Of a stretch of DNA of 64,000 nt, positions 47,719-56,547 are shown in pieces; positions within the stretch are counted from its first letter, which is position 1; each line of letters starts with the position of its first letter. A program made the translations under genes and the position numbers. Origin of the DNA: Turneriella sp. (lineage in GTDB: Bacteria > Spirochaetota > Leptospiria > Turneriellales > Turneriellaceae); contig CBDIID010000003.1 in NCBI GenBank assembly GCA_965279515.1, positions 3,424,001-3,488,000 of the forward strand, read 5' to 3'. Below the pieces are notes generated by a model that saw only the letters and a list, made by a program, of their open reading frames with translations, had not been told where the DNA came from and did not search any database.

Positions 47719-49889
47719 TTGGCTCCATCCCTTTGCGCCGTTATTTTTCCAGGAAAGCTGCCCGAAAGCTCGGCCGAGGTTGTAAGTACCAAGCGTGCGC
47801 CGTTCGTAACAGTCGAAACGATCGGCGCGGTTGCATGCGATTGTGGGACCGCATTCCAGCTGAGCGAGACGCGATCGGTGAAGGGCAGCAAAATATCTTT
47901 CAGGATGCGGAACGGCAGCGCGGTGAAATATTTGTAAGAGATGCGCTCGCCATAGGCGAATTTTGCTGCCGAGAACGGGACCCGGTAGTAGGCGTTAAAA
48001 AGTAAAAAGAGCGCGCTGTGGCGGCTGCCGGTGTAGTCGAGCGCGGCGAACCAGTCGTTCGACGACGAGTACAAAAGCCGGTCGCCGCTTTGGTTTTCAA
48101 TGAAACGCGTGCCGAGAAAATCGATTTTGACTTCCCATTCTTCGCTCACCGTTTTGAAGTCGGGTGTCTCCAGGTTCACACGCATGACCTGCCCTGGCGC
48201 GAGCGTGAAGAAGGTCTTGAGGTTGAAGTCAGGTGAGAGATTCGCGACGACTTCGTCTTCAGCTGGTATGCCATTGAAGTGGATTTTCGAAACGCCGTTA
48301 TGCAGCACATACTGTGTGAGCGGCACCGGCACCGTGGCGCTGCCGATTTCAGGCGTCGCCTGAAAGTGCAGGTGCAGGTGGGGTTCGGCCGAGCGGCCCG
48401 AGTTGCCGGCGAGACCGAGTTTCGTGCCCGCGATGACATAGTCGCCTTCTTTGACCAGAACCGAATTTTTCTTCAGATGACAGACGAGAGAGAACAGCGC
48501 GGGACCATGCTGGATTAGAACGAGATTACCCCAGTTCTCGCGCAGATTCATCTCGCCGGGTAGATTGTCGTCGAGGTGCGCCACAACCTTGCGCACGGTT
48601 CCCGCCGCGACGGCCAAAACCGGCAGACCGAAAGTGAAATAGTCTTCTAAAGAGGGCGATTGACTTTTGCGCAGCGAGCCATCCTCACTGAGTGCCATAA
48701 AATCGAGACTCGCATACCACTCACCCTGGTGCGTGTATTTGCCGTGGTAACCCTGCGAGACCTTCCATTTGCCCCAGAACGGCAGGCGGATGTCGAGACC
48801 CAATTCGCCGAAGCGGCCCTGACGCGATTTGAAGAAGTCAAGGTTGTGCTCGGGTGAACCCGGCAGAAAATCGACGGGCCGCAGGTTCTTGTTATAAAGA
48901 AGCTTGATGCAATACAAAAAGAGCAGTGTCGTCATGGCAAACGGTAGCGTGAGCACAGGCATGTTAAAACTGACGAAAAAGATCTTGATGAATGACGCAA
49001 CCGTGGCGGTGGTCAGCGTCGCAAGGATGGCCAACACAAACGCGGCCGGACCCGGCACCAAAAAGATGCCACCCAGCGCAATCGAAGTCAGAATATAGTT
49101 AAAGGCGACGAGACCACCCGTCATATCGTTCATATCGCCTTTAAGGATCAGGTGAAATAACACACCTGTGAAAAAACCCATGAGCGACAGAAGAAATCCT
49201 AATCTGCTGGAGATGAGAAGGGCGAGCATGATGACCAGCCCCGCCCACGGGCTCGACTGGAAAAAAATCGCCCCGAGCGATTTCAGGTAGTAGAGCGCGT
49301 AGCGCGGCAGTTCGGGAAAAGATGCATCGATACTGAGGACGGTTTGTTTTTCGAGCGCAGTGCCGTCGTAGTTGTAGAAGGCGAGGTAACTGATCGAGCT
49401 CACGAGCACAAAGGGAATTGAAAGCGCGGGAATATTGAAAAAATAACCGAAGATGTGGTCGAGCGCGATGTTGACGAAGATCAGTAGCACGACGGCTACG
49501 AAGAGAATAAAGAGCGCCGTTGGCGAGAAGGCGTAATAGTAGCTGAACGACAGGCCGAGCAAGAGTGCATTGAAGCCGATGAGGCCCTTGCGGATTTTAT
49601 CCTCATGCACGCCGATGACGCGCGCCAGCAGGTTGGCGACGAGGATGGCAAAGACACCGAAGACGCCGGCCTTTAAGTTAAAGAACGTGGCTGCGAGGGC
49701 GATGACGCCGATTGCCTTGCGATCGCTGAAGAGAATGTTCGAGTAGGAGCGGAGTAAGGCTTCGACGACCCCACCCCCCAACCCCCTCCCCACAAATGTG
49801 GAGAGGGGGGGCCTCAGAGCCCCTCTCCACGTCAGTGGGGAGGGGTGGCCGTAGGCCGGGGTGGGGTTAGGCGGCGCTTGGAGTGACAT
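47697..49889 (-). CDS. urea-transporter-family domain fused to an M23 peptidase domain and a C-terminal domain
   Basis: GLIGFNALLLG, AFNYILTSIALGG, LTLPF; then THQGEWYASLDF, WGNLVLIQH, GNSGRSAEPHLHLH. Confidence 0.88.
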   Translation of the reverse strand: MSLQAPPNPTPAYGHPSPLTWRGALRPPLSTFVGRGLGGGVVEALLRSYSNILFSDRKAIGVIALAATFFNLKAGVFGVFAILVANLLARVIGVHEDKIRKGLIGFNALLLGLSFSYYYAFSPTALFILFVAVVLLIFVNIALDHIFGYFFNIPALSIPFVLVSSISYLAFYNYDGTALEKQTVLSIDASFPELPRYALYYLKSLGAIFFQSSPWAGLVIMLALLISSRLGFLLSLMGFFTGVLFHLILKGDMNDMTGGLVAFNYILTSIALGGIFLVPGPAAFVLAILATLTTATVASFIKIFFVSFNMPVLTLPFAMTTLLFLYCIKLLYNKNLRPVDFLPGSPEHNLDFFKSRQGRFGELGLDIRLPFWGKWKVSQGYHGKYTHQGEWYASLDFMALSEDGSLRKSQSPSLEDYFTFGLPVLAVAAGTVRKVVAHLDDNLPGEMNLRENWGNLVLIQHGPALFSLVCHLKKNSVLVKEGDYVIAGTKLGLAGNSGRSAEPHLHLHFQATPEIGSATVPVPLTQYVLHNGVSKIHFNGIPAEDEVVANLSPDFNLKTFFTLAPGQVMRVNLETPDFKTVSEEWEVKIDFLGTRFIENQSGDRLLYSSSNDWFAALDYTGSRHSALFLLFNAYYRVPFSAAKFAYGERISYKYFTALPFRILKDILLPFTDRVSLSWNAVPQSHATAPIVSTVTNGARLVLTTSAELSGSFPGKITAQRDGAKWVLSAG
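49769..49866. repeat. double-hairpin palindromic repeat read in frame at the transporter N-terminus
   Basis: CCCCCTCCCCACA-AA-TGTGGAGAGGGGG and CCCCTCTCCAC-GTCA-GTGGGGAGGGG; 49836-49866 is the exact reverse complement of 47592-47622. Confidence 0.88.
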
Positions 49890-49895
49890 GAACGC

Positions 49896-51263
49896 TTAGC
49901 TTTCCAACGCAACCATATCTTCCATCGTCTCGCGGCGCTTGATGAGTTTGACTTCGCCTTTGGCTGACACCATCACAACCGCGGGTTTCATTTCGATAAA
50001 CTGCATCGACTGCGTCACGTTGTACGCGCCGACCGGGTGTATCACCACCTGCTCGCCGCGGTGCATGTTCGGCAGCAGGCATTTTTCGCGCACGACGTCG
50101 ATGTTCATGCAGAGCGGCCCGTAGAGAATGACATCTTCCCAGCTGCCCGAATAGTATTGCGTCGGCGAAACTTTCAGGTCATACCATGTGGACGTATAAA
50201 GAAGGTTTACACCCGCATCGAGAATGAGCGCGCGCTGGCCGCTTGCCAGCATTTTCGAACCGACGACCGACGAGACAAGAAAACCCGCCTCGTCGACCAA
50301 TGCCCGACCAGTTTCCAGAAAAAGCTGCGGTGGAGAATCCTCGCCGGGAAAATTTTCATAGAGCGTATCGCAAATCGCTTCGGCATATGCTTCAAAGCTG
50401 GGAATCCACGAGCTGTCGACCTTGTAGTGCGCCTTGAGTTTATTGCGCGAGGCAAAGCCGCCACCGAGATCGATGTAACGCAAAGGCTGGCCGAGTTCTT
50501 CGCGCAGCTGTTTGTAGAATTTGCTGACCTTCTCCGCGGCTTTTTTGTACGGCGCGGTTTCATACATGAAGGTACCGATATGCGAGTGCACGCCGATGAT
50601 CTTCAGTTTGCCGTCAACAGTAGCCATGCGGGCCGCTTCGAGTGCATGACCGCTTTCGAGATTAAAGCCGAAACGGCTCCATTGCGGCACCATGCCGGTG
50701 TCGAGGTTCAGGCGCAGCGCAATTTCAACGGGGCGGCCGAGTTCGTCGGATATCCTCTTGAGGTCGCGTATCTCGTCGAGGTGGTCGGCATGGATCTTGG
50801 CGCCTTCGGAAACGGCTTTTTTCAGAATTTCATAATTCTTATAAGGGCCGTTGAAGATAATCTTGTCGCCGGGAATGCCATTGTGCCGTGCCTTGAGGTA
50901 CTCAAAGCCCGAAACGACTTCGGCCCAGCTGCCTTCGCTGTGGAAGACATTGCAGATCGCATCGAGGTAGTTTGTCTTATACGACCACGCGGCCTGGAAC
51001 GAGGGGTAGCGCGAAGAGAACGCCTGGTTGAGTTCGCGCACCTTGCGGCGCAGCGTGTTCTCCGAAAAGACGAAGAGCGGCGAACCGAACTCTTTCACCA
51101 GATCGTCGATCGCCACACCGTCGATGTTCATCACAGGTTCAGGTACCGAGTAGCCGCCGAACTTGTTTGCGGCGCCCATATACTGTTTGCGGATGATTGG
51201 CCGGGAGTAGGGTTTGCGCACTGAGGTGCTTCCGGCTTGTTCTGTTGTATCTGTTTTTTTCAT
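49896..51263 (-). CDS. PLP-dependent decarboxylase, Orn/DAP/Arg (LysA-like) family
   Basis: WSYKTN (PLP Lys), FNGPYK, HSHIGT, DLGGGF, ETGRALV, GPLCMNID, GAYN. Confidence 0.92.
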   Translation of the reverse strand: MKKTDTTEQAGSTSVRKPYSRPIIRKQYMGAANKFGGYSVPEPVMNIDGVAIDDLVKEFGSPLFVFSENTLRRKVRELNQAFSSRYPSFQAAWSYKTNYLDAICNVFHSEGSWAEVVSGFEYLKARHNGIPGDKIIFNGPYKNYEILKKAVSEGAKIHADHLDEIRDLKRISDELGRPVEIALRLNLDTGMVPQWSRFGFNLESGHALEAARMATVDGKLKIIGVHSHIGTFMYETAPYKKAAEKVSKFYKQLREELGQPLRYIDLGGGFASRNKLKAHYKVDSSWIPSFEAYAEAICDTLYENFPGEDSPPQLFLETGRALVDEAGFLVSSVVGSKMLASGQRALILDAGVNLLYTSTWYDLKVSPTQYYSGSWEDVILYGPLCMNIDVVREKCLLPNMHRGEQVVIHPVGAYNVTQSMQFIEMKPAVVMVSAKGEVKLIKRRETMEDMVALES

Positions 51264-52381
51264 GCGACTGCCTTATGTGTCCCCACCCCCTGCCCCGCAC
51301 GCGGGGGAGGCTGGGAGGGGGAGCGGGGTGGCGCGTATGAAATCATCCCAACCGTCGACAGCGATTCAATGGTCGCCATCGGCACAATCTCATCGCGCGC
51401 GTGGCGGATGAATACCATGCCGACTTCGTATTCTGTGCGGGGCTCAACGCTCTCACCCAACGCGAGGGCGACATGCATTGCTGGCAGGTTCATGCCCGCG
51501 CGCGTCGCGAGGTAGGTCCATGCGGGAAAACGCGGATTCATTTCGATGAGAAAGACTTCGTCGGTCTTGTTCTCGACGATGAACTCGAGTTCGAAACCGC
51601 CGTCCCAGTTTAAAAACTGGATGAGCTTGCGCGTCATCTCGAGAATTTTTTCGTTTTTGATCGTGACCCCCGACCAGGCCTTGCCTTTGTCGGTGACGAA
51701 GAGCTTTTTCATCGCCACGGCGCCATAGAGTTTGCCGCGTTTTGCGAGGCCGGCGACGTTCATCTCTTCGCCGGAAATCATTTTCTGCGCGATGGCCGGG
51801 ACTCCCCACTGCGAAGCGAGCTTGTAAAACCAGCCGACAGCTTCTTCGGGGGAATACGCGGCATACGCCTCATAATACTGCCCCTTGACCAACAGGGGAA
51901 ATCCCAGTTTATCGAAAGATTCGCGCAGCGCCGCCACGTCGGAAATCCGCACCGTCTCGGGCGTCTTGACAATGTCGGTCGGAATTTTCTCTGCAAGCGT
52001 CGGTTTGTCGCGGAGTGCCAGGCTCTCTTTGAGGGGCAAGAGGAGTTTGATACCGAGATAGCGCAGCTCACCTTCGATTTTGATATAATTTTCGAGCTCA
52101 GAATCGAGCGTCGGCAGAATAACATCGATGCGTTCTTTTTTGTGGATCTCGGCGATACGGCTCAGCAGCGCGTCTGGCCCGGTGTTCGGGTAGGGCGTTA
52201 GGTAACAGGCCGAGACAAGATCATTCATGTAGTTACCCGCATCAAGCACGCCGTAGGTGATGCCGATATGGCGGTGGCGCGCCCCGGATTCTTTGAGCGA
52301 GCGTAAGACCGCGAGGCCAGGAGCCGGGCTATCGGCTGCATTCAGGCCCGTCACACAGACGGTGGTGCGGCGGCTTACCAT
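51260..52381 (-). CDS. ATP-grasp carboxylate-amine ligase
   Basis: LGFPLLVKG, FELEF, LIEMNPRFPAW. Confidence 0.9.
   Translation of the reverse strand: MVSRRTTVCVTGLNAADSPAPGLAVLRSLKESGARHRHIGITYGVLDAGNYMNDLVSACYLTPYPNTGPDALLSRIAEIHKKERIDVILPTLDSELENYIKIEGELRYLGIKLLLPLKESLALRDKPTLAEKIPTDIVKTPETVRISDVAALRESFDKLGFPLLVKGQYYEAYAAYSPEEAVGWFYKLASQWGVPAIAQKMISGEEMNVAGLAKRGKLYGAVAMKKLFVTDKGKAWSGVTIKNEKILEMTRKLIQFLNWDGGFELEFIVENKTDEVFLIEMNPRFPAWTYLATRAGMNLPAMHVALALGESVEPRTEYEVGMVFIRHARDEIVPMATIESLSTVGMISYAPPRSPSQPPPRAGQGVGTHKAVA
51280..51332. repeat. palindromic repeat unit translated in frame at the ATP-grasp C-terminus
   Basis: CCCCACCCCCTGCCCCGCACGCGGGGGAGGCTGGGAGGGGGAG; closely matches the 12404 unit. 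Confidence 0.82.
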
Positions 52382-52635
52382 CTTGTGCCTGCCGCGATTA
52401 ATCCCGCTTCCCTGAATTGCAGCAAAGCGTTGCTGACATCTTCGAGGGCTTGTGGTCCCGCGACTTCAAATTCGGCTGCCAGCGATTCGGCGATCTGCTG
52501 TTGTTGCAAGCCGTTCTTCAGCGATTTTAGAATGAAGATCGCCGATTCGTTGAGTGTGAAGGTATTCCCCGTCGCCGGGTCGAACAGAAACCCGGTCTCG
52601 GAAAGCGCGAGGTTTTTGATCTTGTTGAGCTCCAT
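52375..52635 (-). CDS. PqqD-family / RiPP recognition element protein
   Basis: 86 aa; 'GFLFDPATGNTFTLNESAIFI...IAESLAAEFEV...ALEDVSNALLQFREAGLI'. Confidence 0.88.
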   Translation of the reverse strand: MELNKIKNLALSETGFLFDPATGNTFTLNESAIFILKSLKNGLQQQQIAESLAAEFEVAGPQALEDVSNALLQFREAGLIAAGTRW

Positions 52636-52728
52636 ACAGGGGTGAGCTGCAAGCGGCCAAACCCGGACAAATTTTTGTTGTCTCGCCGAATCGCTTTCCG
52701 GCAATTAAAGGAGCTTTCGCCGGAATCT

Positions 52729-53649
52729 ATGCAGGAAATCCCGCTACACCAGATCGATAATTTTATGCTGCTCATGAAATGGGCACACCAAAAAGGCTTC
52801 GAAATGGCTGAACCCCACATCATGGAACCCCTGCGGCTCTATTATGGCCGCAAAGACCAGGAGGTGCACGATAACCTCTACAAGAACCTCGAGATACAGA
52901 AGAAGGTGAAGGAGTGGCGGATTGTCGCCAATATCTACCGCCATATTTTTCATGTCCTGTGTTTCGAGGCCGACCATCATCCTTTATTCAAGATGCTGAG
53001 TTCTTTCCTCATCGATCTTCAGGCCGAATCAGGGTTGCGTAAAACCACGTTCGCTTTTGAGTTTTTTAAAGCGTATGAATTTTCGCTGAAGAACCTGCAA
53101 GGCATCGTTTCCCAACAAGTGATGACGGGGATCCAGGAAGTGTTTGAAAGACACGACGATGTGCATGTCGTGGTTTCGCATGATCTGACCACGAACCAGC
53201 GTGAGCTGCTCAACCGCGAGGCGGGTGAGCTCTATAACAAAATTGAGCTGGCGTACGCGCGCGGCGACGAAGCGCAGATCAGTTACCTGCTTGCACAGTT
53301 CACCGGGCGCTTCTGTAATTTTCCTGAAGTTAAGTTCCGCGACGAAGTCGATGCCATGATCATGAAGATTGCCGAGAATAACGGCGCCTTCAAACAAGAT
53401 ATGCGCTCGCGCTTGGCCGTCCGCCTTTTTCAGTCGATCGCACGCTCGGCCGAGAAGATGGATATCAAGACGGCGGTGCGCGGCATCACCACCTACATCA
53501 TCACTTTCCAGGACGATCTGAGTTTGCCGTACCGTGAAGAACTCGATCATATTGAAGAGAAGATGTATAGTTTCATTCAGCAACATAATCTTTGGCATCG
53601 CGTGAAGTTGCAGCCCGGCCCGGGAAAGCCGCAAGTCGTCAGATCTTAG
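52729..53649 (+). CDS. hypothetical alpha-helical protein
   Basis: Long ORF with genome-like codon use, co-oriented with the STAS gene. Confidence 0.7.
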   Translation: MQEIPLHQIDNFMLLMKWAHQKGFEMAEPHIMEPLRLYYGRKDQEVHDNLYKNLEIQKKVKEWRIVANIYRHIFHVLCFEADHHPLFKMLSSFLIDLQAESGLRKTTFAFEFFKAYEFSLKNLQGIVSQQVMTGIQEVFERHDDVHVVVSHDLTTNQRELLNREAGELYNKIELAYARGDEAQISYLLAQFTGRFCNFPEVKFRDEVDAMIMKIAENNGAFKQDMRSRLAVRLFQSIARSAEKMDIKTAVRGITTYIITFQDDLSLPYREELDHIEEKMYSFIQQHNLWHRVKLQPGPGKPQVVRS

Positions 53650-53656
53650 GAGCAGT

Positions 53657-53992
53657 ATGAGTATCAGAGTTTCAAAACGCAATACCGAGAAAGACGCGAT
53701 CTTTCAGCTCGAAGGCCGGCTCGACACTGCGGGCAGTGCAATCTTAAAGCTCGAACTGGATATGGCGACACAGAACCCCACGGGTAATATCATCATTGAT
53801 ATGAGCAAGGTCAGCTTTATCAGCTCGGCGGGCATCGGCATCACCGTCAAGGCGCAATCGATTCTGAAGCAAAAGGGTTTTGAGGTGCGTGTTGCGGCGG
53901 CGACCGAAGAGGTGAAGAAGGTCTATGACTTGCTGGGTTTTTCGCATGTCGTGAAGATCTTCGCGACGCTCAACGACGCGCTGAAAGCCTGA
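53657..53992 (+). CDS. STAS-domain anti-sigma-factor antagonist
   Basis: LEGRLD, IIDMSKVSFISSAGI. Confidence 0.93.
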   Translation: MSIRVSKRNTEKDAIFQLEGRLDTAGSAILKLELDMATQNPTGNIIIDMSKVSFISSAGIGITVKAQSILKQKGFEVRVAAATEEVKKVYDLLGFSHVVKIFATLNDALKA

Positions 53993-54039
53993 TTTTCGCT
54001 TCGCGCGACAATCTTATCTGCCGAAGATCAAGATAGTAT

Positions 54040-55002
54040 ATGCGATGGATTCGATTGCCGGGGAAGCTCCTATTCTGCTTCCTGTTCATTTCAATTCTGA
54101 CGGCCAGTATTGCGCAGGGGGCCGAGGATAACACAGAACCCGAATTGTCCAAAATCGATAAGTTCGGCCCCAATCCTGGCAATCTTGCGATGTACGAATA
54201 TGTGCCGGAATTCGTATCCGAAAACAAACCGGCGCTCGTTGTCGCCTTACACGGCTGCAGCGGTTCGGCTAAACAATTCTCTAAGGCGGGATTCAACCAG
54301 CTCGCGGAAAAATACGGGTTTTTTGTGCTCTACCCGGAGCAAAAAACTGCAAACAATAATATCCGCTGTTTCAATCATTCGCGACCCAACATGGCTGATG
54401 CCCGCGCCCGCGAAACCGAATCGGTGTTGCAAATGGTCCGATACATGATCGCCGAGCATGGCATCAGTCCCAAGCATGTTTTTATTACCGGGTTTTCATC
54501 GGGTGGGCAGTTTGCGAATATTCTGGCGGCGAGCTATCCCGAGACATTCCGGGCTGCGGCGATTATCGCTGCCGGAGGGTATGTCTGCAAACCCGGCCAT
54601 ACCGGAATAAATGAATTTGTCGATTGTGACGACGAAGAAGACGAAATGGACGAGGCGCTGCTGACGCTTCCAGGCAAACCCCTGCGCTGGCCCAAGATTA
54701 GTATCTGGCATGGAAAAAAGGATAAAAACGTGCCTTACAATTCCATGGGGCTTGCGGTCGAACAATGGAAGTTTGCGCACAAGATTCGCCGTAAGCGCCA
54801 TACCCGGAAAGCATTGCCGGGAGACATACTCTATGAAGCGTACAAAACTTCCCGGGGCAATGTCATGATCGAGAGTTATTCGCTGAATGCCCAGGCGCAC
54901 ACGGTTCCTGTCAGCAAAGATTGCGGCGTTCCGGGCGGGGATTTCAGCCTCGGCAAAATATGCTTTGCGCGCAAAGCGATCCAGTTCTTTGGTATTCGCT
55001 AA
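54040..55002 (+). CDS. secreted PHB-depolymerase-family esterase
   Basis: Signal peptide; FGPNPGNLAMYEYVP, LVVALHGC, LYPEQ, lipase box GFSSG. Confidence 0.9.
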   Translation: MRWIRLPGKLLFCFLFISILTASIAQGAEDNTEPELSKIDKFGPNPGNLAMYEYVPEFVSENKPALVVALHGCSGSAKQFSKAGFNQLAEKYGFFVLYPEQKTANNNIRCFNHSRPNMADARARETESVLQMVRYMIAEHGISPKHVFITGFSSGGQFANILAASYPETFRAAAIIAAGGYVCKPGHTGINEFVDCDDEEDEMDEALLTLPGKPLRWPKISIWHGKKDKNVPYNSMGLAVEQWKFAHKIRRKRHTRKALPGDILYEAYKTSRGNVMIESYSLNAQAHTVPVSKDCGVPGGDFSLGKICFARKAIQFFGIR

Positions 55003-55032
55003 AGCCTGTCGCGGAGACAGGCATTAAACCCC

Positions 55033-56547
55033 GTGGAGAAGCCCCGCAAAAAAATCTCGATCATCACGAAAATTTTTTCCGTTTTTCTCGCGATCACGGC
55101 GCTCGATCTTTCGGCAATTTACATCTTCACCGCGACAGGGCAGATCGATCAGATCGGCCGCAACGGTCTTCTGATCGCCGAAAATGCCGCGCTGAAAATT
55201 CTGCAGTTATTGCGCGATGTGCAAAATCCCGATCCGCTGAGCGATGCCGCCTTCCAAAAAAAGTTCGCCGCCGCTGCGGAATCTTCGGCCGCCTCTTTCA
55301 AAGATTGTGTGGCGGTGGGCCCTGATGGAAAACCCGTCGGCGCTGCCGCCGGGGCCGTCTCGCCGCGTGCACTGAAGGCGTTGCGGCTCTACGAGGCCGA
55401 GGGGCGGCTGTTCTACAGCGACCTTGCGCTCGGCGATTTTTCGGCCGATGTCTTTGTGCCCTTCCGTCCCGGCCTTAAGGCGGGGCTTTACGTCTTTGCC
55501 TGCAACGTGCCTTTGCAGTCGATCCGCGAATCTTTTGACCGGTTGCTGCGCCTAAGCCTCATCATTCTGCTCGTCACGCTCGTCATGCAGGCAGGGCTCG
55601 CGTGGTTTATTTATATGATTTTTATCCGCCGGCTGCGCGCGCTCGAAAAGGCCACGGTCAAAATCGGCGAGGGCGATTTCAGCGAAGTCATCAAGACCGG
55701 CAAGCGCAGCGATGAGATCGATCATCTTGCGCAGACGTTCAACGAGATGCGCCTGGCGCTCGCCGAAAAGACGCGCGTGCTCGAAGATACGCTCATGGAC
55801 CTTGAAAAGGCCAACTTCAATCTCGAGGGCGACCTGATTCTCGGCGAAGAGATTCAGCAGAGCATTTTGCCCGAAAAGACGGCGGGCAAAAATCTGGACT
55901 GGCAGGTGACATACCGCCCCTTGAGTAAAGTATCGGGGGATCTCTACGATGTCTATGACCTGGCCGGCGGCGCCACGGGAATTCTGCAGTTCGATGCCTC
56001 GGGCCATGGTGTACCCGCGGCGCTTTTGACCATGATGGCGAAGACGGCGTTTGTCGAAGCGATTCAAAAGACCGTGTGGCCGAACCAGGTCATTGCCTTC
56101 GTCAACGACGAACTTTCGTCGCACCTGCAAAAAACCGGTAATTTTCTGACGGCATTCTATGCTGTGGTGCGCCCCAACGGTAAGATGGTGTATTGCAATG
56201 CCGCGCATACGCAGGTCGTGATTCTGCGCGCCGGGGGTAAAATCGAGATACTCGATACAACATCGCTGAGTGTTGGTTTTGCGCCGCCGGGGGGTGAGTC
56301 CTTTCATGCAGCCGAGGTCGAGCTGCACCGGGGCGACCGCGTCATCATTCATACCGATGGCCTCAGTGAAACCGTAACAAAATCGGGAAAACCATTTGAA
56401 ACCGAAGGGCTGACGGCGATACTCGCGCGCTACGCGAAAGTAGACCTGAAAACCATGCACGCCGCAATCATCGACGAATGGAATGCCCAGGTCGAGCGCA
56501 CCGCGATTGAAGACGACGTCACCGTCGTTTCATTTGAATTCCGATGA
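55033..56547 (+). CDS. membrane HAMP plus SpoIIE/PP2C phosphatase
   Basis: Two TM, HAMP 'DEIDHLAQTFNEM', VSGDLYD, DASGHGVPAAL, HTDGL, EDDVT. Confidence 0.92.
   Translation: MEKPRKKISIITKIFSVFLAITALDLSAIYIFTATGQIDQIGRNGLLIAENAALKILQLLRDVQNPDPLSDAAFQKKFAAAAESSAASFKDCVAVGPDGKPVGAAAGAVSPRALKALRLYEAEGRLFYSDLALGDFSADVFVPFRPGLKAGLYVFACNVPLQSIRESFDRLLRLSLIILLVTLVMQAGLAWFIYMIFIRRLRALEKATVKIGEGDFSEVIKTGKRSDEIDHLAQTFNEMRLALAEKTRVLEDTLMDLEKANFNLEGDLILGEEIQQSILPEKTAGKNLDWQVTYRPLSKVSGDLYDVYDLAGGATGILQFDASGHGVPAALLTMMAKTAFVEAIQKTVWPNQVIAFVNDELSSHLQKTGNFLTAFYAVVRPNGKMVYCNAAHTQVVILRAGGKIEILDTTSLSVGFAPPGGESFHAAEVELHRGDRVIIHTDGLSETVTKSGKPFETEGLTAILARYAKVDLKTMHAAIIDEWNAQVERTAIEDDVTVVSFEFR

Noticed and set aside
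47369..47937. Short ORFs overlapping the repeat as RiPP precursor candidates
   Set aside because: They overlap real genes and are largely repeat-derived, with no leader/core structure
49896..51263. lysA gene symbol
   Set aside because: Fold motifs fit, but the operon context and N-terminal extension argue against assuming diaminopimelate as substrate
52375..52635. PQQ biosynthesis locus
   Set aside because: No pqqA, B, C or E, and no radical SAM gene in the window
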